Source of the DNA: Azolla caroliniana | Lineage: Eukaryota > Plantae > Polypodiophyta | Direction: 5' to 3' | Length of the DNA stretch: 64,000 nucleotides | NCBI GenBank assembly: GCA_043228905.1 | Contig: JBHGNT010000001.1 | Coordinates: 35,960,001 to 36,024,000 of the forward strand | Part shown: piece after piece, positions 41,119-54,804 of the stretch | Layout of the letters: each line of letters begins with the position of its first letter | Position numbering within the stretch: position 1 is the first letter of the stretch | Notes under the pieces: generated by a model | What the model was told of the DNA's origin: nothing | Database searches by the model: none | The model's input: the letters and a program-made list of their open reading frames with translations, nothing else | Program-made: the position numbers and the translations under genes

Positions 41119-44100
41119 TCATCTCCTTTGGAAGTTGAGGAACTTGATGCAGAAAGCAAAGACAAATGCAAAGAGTATGACAAACACGAGGTTCATGCCT
41201 GCTACCACACCAAGAAAGCTGTGCTTGAATCCAAAGTAAGTTCGAATATACGACTTTACTGTGTCGTTTGCAGTCGTGCCTGAACCAGTGATGGGATTCA
41301 CGTCTTCACCCATCTGGGAATCGATAAGACCGTAAAGTGTCCATGCAACAGGTGTACACCAATAGTACCATCCCCACCATGGAGGCATTTTCTGTATAAT
41401 TAAGGTACCCTTAAGTCAATTCATTCTAGATACACACATGCCTACTCTTATGTAAATTGTAAAGCATGTACATAGATAAGTTACAGTTGTGTATATGTAC
41501 ATACATACATTCATTCATACACTTCAGTCAATTGTTGTAGAGCGTGTACATAGAATGGTTACACACATATGATTTATGTTTACCTGATCCTTGGTGATAT
41601 TAATATTCATTATGATTACTTGAGTAGGACTTATTGTTATGAACATCTAAGGGCATGCAGCTAAGTATACCTGACTAGTTATCCAAAGCTTCGTAGACAT
41701 CTCATAGTGTTTATTTGTAGGAAAACATCAGTGGAAATATCTCACATAGGAAAACGGCTGACATGTTCTAGAGCTTGTGTAAGATCACTCATTTTATTGA
41801 GCATTGTAAAGAAACACTAGGGAGAGTGGTCACTTTTTCCACATGGGAGAATGCCAAAAAGCTGGCTACATACTGAGAAAGTGCATGACCAACCATAGAC
41901 AATTTTGTAAATCTATATGCCTTTTGACATCACACCAAACCCTGGACCAGTAAACCATCCTAGATATCTATCATAAAGACGTATTATAACACCTTGAATC
42001 TTACCGGAAAAGTGATGATGAATCCTGAGAATAGATTCCACAGTGCATAAAAAGCTGATGAAATGATTGCGCTGACATGGTGGCTTGGAGTCACAGCAAC
42101 GCACATCATTCCGTAGTATGTGAAAAATAGGAAGGCACAGAACATGAAGTATGTGAACCACAAAAACTTGGTTGCCGTCCATGGGAAGTCCATCATTGCA
42201 TACACCATGAAGGCATAGACAATTGTTTGACATATACAATAAGGTACTTCGATGATAACCTGTTGGAAAAGAAATGATGGTTTTGTTATATGTTCTTTTG
42301 AAGCTCAAAATCTCATTGACAAAGGTGTTTATGATGCGATTGATTGCACTACCTGCGCTATTGCATAAGCTAATGGTGAGTACATTCCGGCAGCTTTTTC
42401 ACGATAAAAGACTGTCCTCTCCACCCCAACTACTGGCTGGACTGAGGAGGAATTGCTAACCCCTAGGAAAAATGTTGCAGCATACATGCCCCCCATAATG
42501 TTATTGAGATCTTGGATATTTTCTCTGCATTGGATTCCATTTAAGTTTGTAAGAATTTGGCAAGATTCTTGGGTTTTAGCAAAATCGTTTTTGGCTAATT
42601 ATGTGGCGTGGATAAGAATGCCCCTATTTTAGCTCTGAAATTGATTACCTTTTTTGTCCTCGTTTCCAATAGACAGTTCCAAACATGAATGCTGTGACTG
42701 CAGTGAAGAAAAATCTCACAACATTATAGAGAGGATTACGCCAATATGACTTGTGCTGCTTCCATAAGCAAGCAAAGAATTGTGTCATAAAACTTTGGGA
42801 GTATCGAGTTGGAAAGTGGATTTCTTCTGAGCCTGATGCTGGTGTACTCAACTCCTTTATGAGGACTTTGTTCCTCCTAAAAATTAAGTTATGGTTTATT
42901 TTAGGCATATATATATGAATTTGAATGCCAAGGTAATTGATCTTGAAAGGATTTGGAAGAATGATACTCACTGGAAAACTGTGGAGTTGCGGAAAATCTC
43001 CGCAAAATCGATATTAAGCTTTGTCTCAACACCGTAGGAACTGACCTCCAACATCCATGTAGCTGGATTATAACCTTCTTTGATTTTTGTCACACCTGGT
43101 ATGCTCTGTCAAGATACATGTACACACACAACAAAGCAGCTGTCAGATTCTGAAGTGAACATTTGCACTACCTTTCCAAATGATTAACTACCATACCTCA
43201 AAATATTCAACAAGCTTGTGAGATTGGTGACCAAGAGGTCCACAATAGATAACTTGACCACCTCGTTTCATCAGCAATAACTGGACAGGAATAGACCATG
43301 AGAAAAACCAACAAGTCCAAGCATTATAACCATTCCAAAAATGTCCATGTAATACTTACTTCATCAAAAGCCTCAAAAATGTCAATGCTGGGTTGATGAA
43401 TTGTGCAAACCACTGTCCTTCCAGTATCAACAGTATTTCGAACTGTTCTCATTACAATAGCTGCAGCACGGGCATCTAATCCAGAAGTTGGTTCATCCAT
43501 GAATATAATGGATGGATTGGCAACAAGTTCAACAGCAATTGTCAGCCTCTTCCGTTGTTCTGTTGATAGTCCATTCAAGCCAGGTAGACCGACAAGTGCG
43601 TTCTTTATCGGTGACAGCTCCACAAGCTCCATAACCTCATCTACAAATTGCTGGAGGGAGAAGAAAAAATCATGTTTTGGGAGGTACGAAAACTTTATTT
43701 TTTTATTCTTCAAAATGTAAGAGAAAACACATACCATTCTCGTCTTCTTGTCGACTTCTCTTGGTAATCGAAGCCAAGCGGAGTAAATCAATGACTCATA
43801 GACAGTGACATTTGGCGAATGGATGTCATTTTGCTCACAGTAACCTGAGATCCGAGTAAAGGTTTCCTGTTTTTTGGGATATCCGGACACGCTTATGTCA
43901 CCCTCAATATAGCCACCAGTTTTCCTCCCTGCCAAAACATCCATAAGGGTTGTCTTTCCAGCACCACTCACTCCAACTAATGCTGTGAGGACTCCGGGTT
44001 TGAAAGCTCCACTGACATCATTCAGTAATCTTAGTCTATCTTCTTGAACTCCACGTTCTTTCATTTCCTGTATTGCAATTGGAGTATTTATATTTATATA

Positions 44101-47100
44101 GATTATTGTTTGAAGTTCATCCAGTCAGTAAGAGGGAAACATATTTTGAACTTACTGCAGGCATGTCAACATAGTAGCTGACAGAGTCAAAAGTGAGTGC
44201 CAAAGGCTGAAATGGTAATATCATCCCTTTCTTTTCCACTCCTCCATTAGAGACATTGACAGCAGCTGATGACATGGCTGAGTGCCTAGACTGTCGATCT
44301 TGAAGGTCTATACCTGTGGGCACATTATATGGAATGGAACTATTAGAATCATATGCTGGTTCTCTGCAAGAGCGATTCTTTTAAACGGTGAACACCATTC
44401 AAAATATACCTTCTCCTCTGGCTGATCTTCCATATGATCTTTTGGATTGGGTTGCTCTTGATGGCACTCCGGTTCTATTGGAATTCTTCTCTTCTAATGC
44501 TTCTTCAGAGATATTTGATTGTGCCTTGCCAAGAGCTTCACAGAGTCTAATTAATTAGTCCACAAGCAGTGAAAGGATGTGCATGTTTTTTGAGCATGGC
44601 TTCATATTTTGAATTTGTTTTTAATCTTCGATATTTTCAGACAAGGAAAACTTCCCTCTTCTATGTATTTTGGAAACTTACGTTTTAGGTATGTCAAAGC
44701 GAGAGTATATAACACGTTGAAAAGTAATATATATCCACAGAGTGCTCCAACACCAATCCAGTACCAATAGGATGGAACAAACAGTCCTCGTTCTATCAAC
44801 ATTTCTTTCCCGATTGTGGATGTCAGGCTGCCATCGTATGGCTGGAAAACCACATATTAGAACAGAATGAACTTAACTCTAATTCTGCTGCTCACACAAG
44901 CTAAGTGTGAGTTTATGTAATGACTGTTCAAAGGCATTGGTATTGTACCTTGTCCCAACGGGGTGCTAGGAACTCATTATTGCATAGTGCCATTAGTCCA
45001 TACATCAGAGGGGAAATCCAAAATCCCCAGATCCACCAGGCAGGTATAGCATCTGGAAATCATTGTAAAGTTTAAATATTCTGCAGCAATTTTTTCAAAA
45101 GAAACAAGAACTCTTAACCTCTCTAAAGATTGATGAGGCTTACGTCTTGATACAACGAAACCACTGCACACAAAGACTGCAACTAATGCGAAAGTGCCAA
45201 AAGTGTTGGCCACCACCATATTTCTACTTATTGATGCAATGAAACGGAAAAGTGCCAATGCCATTTGATGGACAAGAAATATGACCAAATACTGGCGAAA
45301 GAATCTACAATGCCAAATGAACAGAGTGATGAGATTGACGTGAACCAAATTATACAAGTATATGTAAGCTTTTAAAGGTTAATGCCGATATGAAAATAGG
45401 CAAAGAAAAAAGGATATTGGTTACCTCTCAGCTTCGGGTGCAAAGCCAATCACATAATATGTGAGGCATACATATATGAATGATTGAAGAATGGATATCG
45501 GTATTGTTAATAACCAAGTTGGCAAAGCATATGCCCAAGCTGGGAACAAAAGCATATCTCTTTGTTTGTAAAAGACTGGCAGCCTTGCAACTGTCATGGC
45601 CATCTCTGGATACCCATTGAACATAGCACTTACAAGGCCAAAAAAGAGTGCCCCAGCATACAGACTACCATCTTGTACTGTATCATGATGGAGTCGTGTA
45701 CGGAAGAAAACAGTCATGGTGATAAGAGCCACGATAGCAAGCTTCAGTTCAATCATTTGTGTTAGGAACATTTGTTAATGTGGTAACAAAAAGATGAAAA
45801 AGTTAATGGAGTCGGGATATAACCTGGACAGTAGCAAAGATGTGGACAAAGGCACTACGCTTTAAGAGTAGCATCTCTCTTGAAAAACAAGCTTTTAAGA
45901 GTTCCTTTTTAGTGAGACCATACGTTTGAGTTGCCAGTGCTGCAGGATGACTCTTTGCCTTGTCGTATGGAACAGAAAGTTCGCTCGCTAGTTTCCTCCC
46001 TACTTGGTAGGAATTGAATGCTTCCGCGAACTCATTGACAGGTATATACCGGTATGGCTGGTTCCTCATTGCCCAGTATTGCTCCTGATCTTTTTTGGAT
46101 GTAACCTGTTACAGAAACAGTTTCAAAATCACTGATTTGATTGGGAAGCTCTCAAGAATTTGCACCAGGATCACGTATAACTATTACAATGACTCGGAAG
46201 GAGTCTCATACCTCCTGAAGAAAATCCGCAATATTTTTCCTGTCTGGACACTTGAATCCCATCTGTTCAAAGAAGTCTGTGACCAATTCTCGTGGTCCTT
46301 GAAAGACAATCTGGCCCTCAGATAATAGAATGAGATCATCAAATAGCTCATATGTTTCTGGTGCTGGCTGAAGGAGAGCGACAACCATTGTTCCGTCCAT
46401 TACTTCAACACTCTGCTTTAAGCATTTTACAATCTGGAATGTGGTTGAACTATCGAGACCTGTTGAGATTTCATCCATGAAAAGGGCTTTACATGGACCA
46501 ACTAACATCTCACCTGTAAAAATGTTGATATCATAATTAGCAATCAAGAGGAAAGTTCAGATATTTCAGGTGATGCAGGGCAAAAAGATGTCCTTATGGG
46601 TGTCATACCCGTGGTGACACGCTTCCTCTGCCCACCAGATACTCCTCTATGCATCTCATCACCAACTAATGTGTCAGCACAAACATCAAGCCCTAATATC
46701 TGCAACACAACATTTGACTCAGTAGCTGAAGATCTAGAACTCATAACTAGAAGAGTTTGCCCTGAATTGTTTCCAAGATGTTCAGACCAAGAGGCATACC
46801 TTCAGCACATAATCTGTGACAAGGCTAGTCTCTTCACCACCAACCGACGTTGCCTTAAAACAGAAAGGAAAGCTAATTTAATCACAATGGGCTTTGGAAT
46901 TGACTGTAGACAATTTGAGCTTTTTCATCATGAAAAAAAGCTATATAATATTGAATACCTTCATAAAAGCATCAATATCAGCATCTGGTTTTATGCCAGC
47001 AGCCTTTTCCCTTCTAGATAACTCAGTGAGCATGTCTACAAACAAAGCATCATGAATCAGAATGCAATGTAAATCAATGGGGATGGAAAATTAACTAGTG

Positions 47101-48900
47101 TTTCTATTTGAATGGAAAGGAACGGAATGAAGTGTTATATTACCATATCTTGTTCCCACACCCTGGCACCTTCCTGAAAAGTCCAAAGTTTCACGAACAG
47201 TCATCGAGCCAATTTGCATATCATGCTGGCTGATATAAGCAGAAGTTCTTCCTGGAACGAATTCATTGAGTTGATGGCCATTGTATGTTACTTGACCTGA
47301 AACCTGGATCATGCAGTAAAACAACAAATTAGCATGTATGAACTGAACAAAGAAAATAGGGAATATTACCTATAAACTGTAAGTTAAGGGTCTTATATGC
47401 TTTTCGTTGATGTGAACAAACAAATGAATACTGAATACCTTCAGCGTAGAGTCGAATTTTCCTGCCAAGGCTAAGAGCAGTGTGGTTCTGCCAGATGATG
47501 GTGGTCCAAGAAGGAGAGTCATTCTATAAAACAGTGTCAAGACATCAAAATGATGTAGCAAATGAATTCATACGGTTCTTAACATGAAGAATTGATCTCA
47601 TATGTTTAGCATGGGTGCAAGAAAGAGAGAGATTAAACCTGGATGGCTTGACAATGCCACTGACGTCATTGAGGATAGTGAGATTCCGTTTCTTTGAGGG
47701 CATAAGGTGGAGAGTAGTGAGGAAACCTTGGAATGCATTCAAGGTGTAGTTGAGGAGTGTTGGGAGTGCCCTGCCTCCGACATACACATCCGCATTCACA
47801 TTAAGGTGCTCGAATCTCACTTCAATCTTTGGCAACTCTATGCCCACTCTGTAATTGGAAAGCCAATTAGAATTCACCCTATCATTGATCTCTTTTACAT
47901 CATCCAAAAATTGCAATACTCTCAATATATAATGCGTAATCTATCATAAAAAAAACACAACGGATTCTTGTTTATGACCATAAAAAAATTTCATTACACA
48001 GCTGGCTATGACTAGCCATAGGGATTACTGATGTAGAAAATGGAGTTAGAGTGAAGTCATTCACAGGAAATGGCTGTTACGAGTGACTGTATTCCTAGTA
48101 CTAAAAGTACACTCTGGTTTCTCTTTCATTCTTTAATATTGTAGCAATTTGAGCTGGGCATCAGCTGTTTGATGTGGAAAAGAAACTGTCATTTCTGATG
48201 CATTGGTACAACAACCTTAGAAAAATGTTTCTTTGCATGTTATGTATGGGAAAGAAGGGCGTATGTGTGTCTCTTTGCATGCTGTTAACAAAAATCTGCT
48301 TTTCATTATTATTATCATTATGACAGCTAATAGGTAATAATATGATGATGATGAAATCAATGATCTCTGTACATCCCCTCTTTCAAGGAAGTGAATGACA
48401 GATGACAATACGTACTTGTCAATGCGGTCACGCAGCTTGCGCAGGAGACGCTCATTGTCCTCAGTTGCAACCTGCAGTATCTTCTCCATGAGCTGCTGCC
48501 GATCGTGCAGGCCAAGCTTGGTGACGTCCACCTCCTCCTGGATGACGGCACCGCCCTCGACCACGCTGGTCAGGATGGCCTTTCGAACCCGGTCATAAGT
48601 GGGCAGCTTCTCGATAGCAGCCCACCGAAGTGCCTCCTCGTCATCCATGCGGGCATCATGTCGGGACGACCCCGCCAGGGTGAAGATCTCTTCACCCATG
48701 CCTGATGTGGCACGCCCACTCTGGCTCGCTTGCAACATCATACCAGCAGCACTCAGACTCCGAAGTCCATTGCTGACAGTCCTCCGGAGGCTGTTCAATC
48801 CGCTTCCACCACCACCTCCTCTTTCCTCGTACTCATTGTATTGATTTATATATTGCCCAGCATTATTATTCTTATTAAATCCTGCCGAGGAGCTTGCCAT
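41119..48900 (-). CDS. ABCG: Full-size ABCG (pleiotropic drug resistance, PDR) transporter, about 23 exons
   Basis: PDR N-terminus: [19 protein letters not shown] and [14 protein letters not shown]1: [45 protein letters not shown]1 follows. NBD2: [66 protein letters not shown]2 follows, and the C-terminus is FLNFQRR*. Domain order is NBD-TMD-NBD-TMD with GT-AG introns. The exon count was made by eye. Confidence 0.95.
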
Positions 48901-51771
48901 CGATTCTCTTTTCTTCCTTTATATATCTAATTTTAGGTGTTTGCTTTTTTTGTGTTTACTTCGATTTAAATTGGATTTAATTTGATTTTCTGCATCAAAA
49001 ACCATGCACTCTATAATTAGATTTACCACAATTATTAACTATTGATTGGATTAACGTTTCCTATCATTTGCGTTATTCCGTCCTATGGTTAATTGCATGA
49101 ATACTTTACATTGATCCAATGGGTAATTCACTTACAAGTAATTCTCATATGAATCTAGTGTATAATTCATTTATATTTAATCCAATTTTTTCCCTTATAA
49201 TCAATTCCATTCATTATATATAACTTATTATTGTATGATTGCAATTTTTATTGGTTGAATCTTATATAGATGATTATTTAATCTGATTATATTTATGGGC
49301 AATCATCAGCCACTGGCATTTTATCAATCGAATATATACATGGAGAAATCAGAAGCATTTGGAAACGCGGAACTGATATCAATTACTTGGGTCTTTTGAT
49401 ACTGATTGAATAGAACAATGGAATTATCATTCGAATCAATATAATATGACATTGTCTATTGCTAAGTATAATTAGTCGAATTGCAGAGAGTGGTATTAAT
49501 CAATTGGTATGCACCTTAATGAGCTGCTGCTAACAACCTCTTGATCATCGGCCAATTGATGACAACGCAGGCTATTTGATGATGATCGGAGACAAAGTGG
49601 TGACTATCCAGCCGATTATTACCTAATTTGGAGACCTGGGGAAAGCATTAAGTGAGGATTAATTATTAGCCGACTTGAATGAGAAATCCAATGTTCTATA
49701 GTAAAAACGAAGAGCTTCCCATACTCTGATTGATTGATTGATTGAATAAGTTCCGGCATCCAAATTTAGGGAATCAGATGTTTGAAATCCAGGGAAGTGC
49801 ACGATGTGAAATTTTGGGTCCGTAATGAGGTTGGAATGTGAAAGGTTCCAAGAAGAATTAAGGAAGGGTAAACGGAGGATAATTAGTGGGGAGGAATTAA
49901 GGGAATTGATCAGTTGGGCTTAAATGAGGGCCAGTAGTGAGTGAAGATGCAAAAGATAAAAGGGCCATATATATATATATATATATTGGGTTCATGTCTT
50001 GTATCAAAATCGGGGGTCTTGGTATGGCGGCTATCTATCATACACAAAAGAGTATCATTTTGTTTTTTATTTTGCTTCTAGAAGCAAAGAAAATCGATAG
50101 CAAGGAATGACTCACATGTTTCTTCTTCTTCTGCTTCTTCTTCTTTTCCTCTTCATATATTCACATATTCATTCACTCATTCATTAGACACACAATTATT
50201 ACTACTTATTATTATTCACACACATATTAGACTTCTGGGGTCCTTATATTTTTTGCCCTTTTTCCCCTTCTCCTTCTACTTGTTTTTGCTTTTCTTCGCC
50301 AAAGCTTGTGAGAAACAAAACACTGCACATGGTGCAAAAAGAGGCCACGACTTGACTTTACAGACAGAGACGACCAATCCATTCTGCCACACTCCAACTC
50401 CAACTCCATCTTCTCCTACCTTGACCGAGTCATTGCCATCCATCCATGGAAGAGAGATCTTGGCCCTGACCCACCCCCAACTCTTTTGACCTTGGGCTCT
50501 GCCTTACACGGCCTACCCCACCCTTCTAGAAGGTTTTTCTAGATCCTCCCCCCCCCCCCCCCCCCTCAATTTATTCCCAAACAACTGGAATGGAATAACA
50601 TTTGTTTGTTTCCGTCTGTCTACTTGCATTTGCTATAACAAAATTTGTCACCCATCCAATCCAAGTTTAGAAGTTGTCGTGTCGGAACTCGGGGGTTCAT
50701 CTGCTTGTACCTAGTCATGTCAATGAAAAGGAAATGCCAAACTAAGCTAATATGCCTCGCTTTTCTTCCACAAATTTATGTAACTCCTACGATCGTGGTG
50801 AATTTGGTACAAACTTTGTCTACATACCTAAATATAATCGCAACTATTGTTGTAGTAACCGACTTTAAAGAGAGTCTCAATGCCGTTGTTGTGGGAGGCT
50901 GGAGGTAGCATAAATCATGGTGGCCTTTGCGCCATTCTTTCGGTACACATATACTATGATTTTAGTTCTATTCATGTTTCATTAATAATTGTTCTTTGCC
51001 TTGTCTCAATAAAACACACCTTCTTAACGTTTAAATCCACTAAGTGAAACCACCATGAAAAGGTTGAGGTAGGCATACACACTAACCTGGTGAGCTTTTT
51101 TCTAAATATTGTTTGTATGTAGCTATTATCGTAAAATACAAGGGTACGTACTTCATGAAAACCTTGTGGACATTTGATACAAGCATGCTATCTCATTCAC
51201 ATCCAATTGTAATTTGACACATGGATTGTAACCATACATGCGCAATATTAATCCTCTAAGGCTTTGAGCCCATGAAGAAGAATAGCCTCTAGAAAAGGGT
51301 AATAGAAATGGCAACGCATTACTTTACTAAATATTTTTATATTTAAGTGTTTAAGCTATTTGAAATAGGAGGCCGGGCTTTGTGGCAAAAGCTTGTCTTT
51401 CATAAGTCATAGTAAAGAAGGTAGGATAACAGCACGGTATTTCAGGTTATGCTTCTACCGCAATGAAAAATTTTGTTCATTGAAGGTGCAATCAAGGAAT
51501 CAAAACTCTATTACATTTTCTATGTCATGTCTTCATTAAATATTAATGATTGCCAACTTTTAAGTTTTAGAAGTTCTTTTGGTTTTGGCACCCTTCAAAA
51601 CCGTTTGCAATTCATGTTGCATGGGTGTAATTGTACACTTTTTGAAAATATGGCACACTCCCAATCAACTGATATTGTATCAGCCTTTATCATATCGTTA
51701 TCAGATTTTTGAAAAAAACTAAGATACAACAATACAACTATGTTTATCTTTCTCATTAGCTACATAGAGGC

Positions 51772-52021
51772 TTTGTGGCTTGTGCCTTATTAATAATTAT
51801 GAGGTTTTCCAACATGCAAGATGGGGTCTTATTTATTAGAAATATACATGTATATGAAATGACAAAGTGTCATAAGAATGAATAAAGACATATGTATTTG
51901 TGGCTTGTGCCTTATTAATAATTATGAGATTTTCCAACATGCAAGATGGGGTCTTATTTATTAGAAACATACATGTATGTGAAATGACAAAGTGCTATAA
52001 GAATGAATAAAGACATATATA
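51772..52021. repeat. 125-bp tandem duplication (2 copies, few mismatches)
   Basis: The unit tttgtggcttgtgccttattaataattatgag...gaataaagacatat starts at 51772 and again at 51897. Confidence 0.9.
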
Positions 52022-53744
52022 TTGGGGAAAGTGTTGTTGTTTACACACGCAAGTAATGCCCCCCATAGGATCCATAGAAGCTAGAAGGGATTATCTACAA
52101 GTTGGATGTTGTTAAAGTTGTTCTATAAGATTTTCAAATAATCTATTAGAATATTGATTATTAAGACTTAGACATTCTAGAACTTTGTGGGGCCCTTTAT
52201 GTGTTCACTTTTGAATTTGCAATCTTTTTGAAGGTATTAAACAAGACTATACACCTCTCAACCTTGTTAACATTACTTGACAATCAAATGCTGAAATCAG
52301 TTACCCTACTCCTTTTTCATAAGACAACCTAGATAAGACAGTTAAACGCCCACGGACATGGATTTATAGTGCAGGGTGGCATGGTGTTTCAACGTGTTGG
52401 AGTTCGACCTAGCACCAACTCTGAATTTTCTGAGGAGATACGGATGATGGTGGCTTGTTTATCGATCTAGCACATTTGGACCAAGCGTTGTAAGTTTGTT
52501 TTTGATGCTCATACAACAAATATTATTCATAACGATATTTTTTTAAACTCGGCAACACAATACTTGGGTATAAAACAAGCTAATTTGATTTTGGTATACA
52601 AAGTCCTCAAAACTTACATTGAGGTTTTCCCACTATGTTATGAATGGGATAAGATGTTTTGACATAGCTATAGATTTTATGTTTTGACATAGATGTGATT
52701 TATGATTTTTGGCGTAGACATGTTTGAACTATCCAAAGGATAATGTATAGACACAACTCATCGTACACACTCCACATCCCTATTTTGCTAAAAAAATCAA
52801 ATTTCTGATTAGGCTTGGTATTATTCGTAACAATTCAAGGGACATGCTCCATATTTTATCACCCTTCATTGATCCTTATCGAATTTTTATTAAGCTCCCT
52901 ATTCTAGTAAAAAACTAACCAATGAAATATGGTGACCTCCCCAACTACCAATATATTTTGCGTCATAAACTAAGTCTTTTAAAATTGTGGCGAATAAGTA
53001 AACAAATGGGAACTTTTTATTGCCCTTAATATGAGGGGTATTTTTTATATTTCCATTTTCGAATATCAAACAATTTTGCTCAACAAATTACCAGTAGTAC
53101 CTCACTTTTATGCAACAAACTTCCTACATCTCAAGCATCATAACTAAATTCCAATAAGGCCAAAATGGTTTGATTCAAGCTTATACAAATAAATAATTGT
53201 GTTTATCTTATCTTCTATTATTAAGTTTTCTTTGTATTTGAAGTAAGCAATTTTTGACATTGTATGGTTGTGTATGAGTCGATACCCTACCATAGCATTC
53301 AATAATTTGTCCAATGAACAATCTTTTGAGTTGCCTACTGAATTGAAATTGGTGTACCCATACAGCTTGAGGGTTACTATTGTGTTATTGAAATGACATT
53401 TGAAGTCCAAGGTAAAGGTTCTCCTAATGCATTTGATTTGCAATTCAAGGCTTTTGCATAAATTGGCTTACCACACCCACAACATAGTGCAAACATAGAT
53501 GTTGCAAGGATCATGGTGAGATAGATAAACCCACCCACTATCTACCTATCACATTATTGGTCTTTTGTGTCATGCCATTATCCATTTGGGTTCTCATGTT
53601 CCATCTTTCTTCAATTCTCCTTGTCGAAACGCATTCTTGATATCCTCTTACAAGAGATGCCATTCATTTCAACAACTAGTATGAGTATTATGCAAATGGT
53701 TATCATCTTGACAACCACGAAACTTTCTCCTAATAGTCCATGAT

Positions 53745-54231
53745 AACATATATGCATACCTATAGGTGGGTTTCATGCCGTCTAATTGCACCATCCACAT
53801 CATTCTTTATCTTGTGCACCCACTTATGGACAAATGCTCTCCTTTCATGTGTCCACATCATTCTTATATCATATAAGAATGATGTGGACAAACCATTCAC
53901 CAACAAATTGCAAGTATATGGATGTGAGTTAGAAGGCTCATTATTGGGAATTTGTCCATAAGTGGGTGCACAAGATAAAGAATGATGTGGATAGATGACA
54001 TGAAACCCACTTATATGCACATATAGGTGGGTTTCATGTCGTCTAATTGCACCTGGATAGACGACATGAAACCCACCTATATGCACATATAGGTGGGTTT
54101 CATGTCGTCTAATTGCACCATCCACATCATTCTTTATCTTGTGCACCCACTTATGGACAAATTCCCAATAATGAGCCTTCTAACTCACATTCATATACTT
54201 GCAATTTGTTGGTGAATGGTTTGTCCACATC
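53745..54231. repeat. Complex nested inverted-repeat (fold-back) structure
   Basis: 112-bp arms at 53881-53992 and 54120-54231 (one mismatch) enclose two ~54-bp palindromes (53992-54045 and 54058-54111). Another palindrome lies at ~53850-53890, and a direct copy of 54088-54162 lies at 53761-53835. Confidence 0.9.
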
Positions 54232-54804
54232 CTTGTACTTACTCTTCAAGCCCCACATCATTGCATGAACCTTCTAACTCACATTCATTTACTTGCAATT
54301 TGTTGGGCAAATGCAAGTCCCACAATCATCCCTGTGACCTTCTTGTATGGTCTCTCTACTAAGTCCCAAGTTCAATTATCATATATACTCTCCAGCTAAT
54401 ACTACATGGAACCCTTCTCAAGCATCATCGTTATAAATGGTAGGATGACAATTTCTAATGAATATGTCTACATTATGGGTATCTTGGATCTCCATTCAGA
54501 CAAAGATTTTGAAGCGAAGTTGTTGGCAATGTCGACAATCAATTGTTGATTTCTTATGAATGTATTTGTAGGGCCTGTTTCTTGCTTATCCATTGTGATA
54601 AAATTTTGGAACAAGTGGATCTGTTGACAATAACTAAGAAATAGGAGGATTAAGTTTTACACAAACAAACGTAAAACAATCAATGGTTAAGCATTACACC
54701 ATAATCTACGCATACTTCAATGTTTAGAATGAGATGACAATCCATCCGAAGCATAAAATCTCTACAAATATGGGTCAGATGGAGTATATCTACAACATCT
54801 ATTT

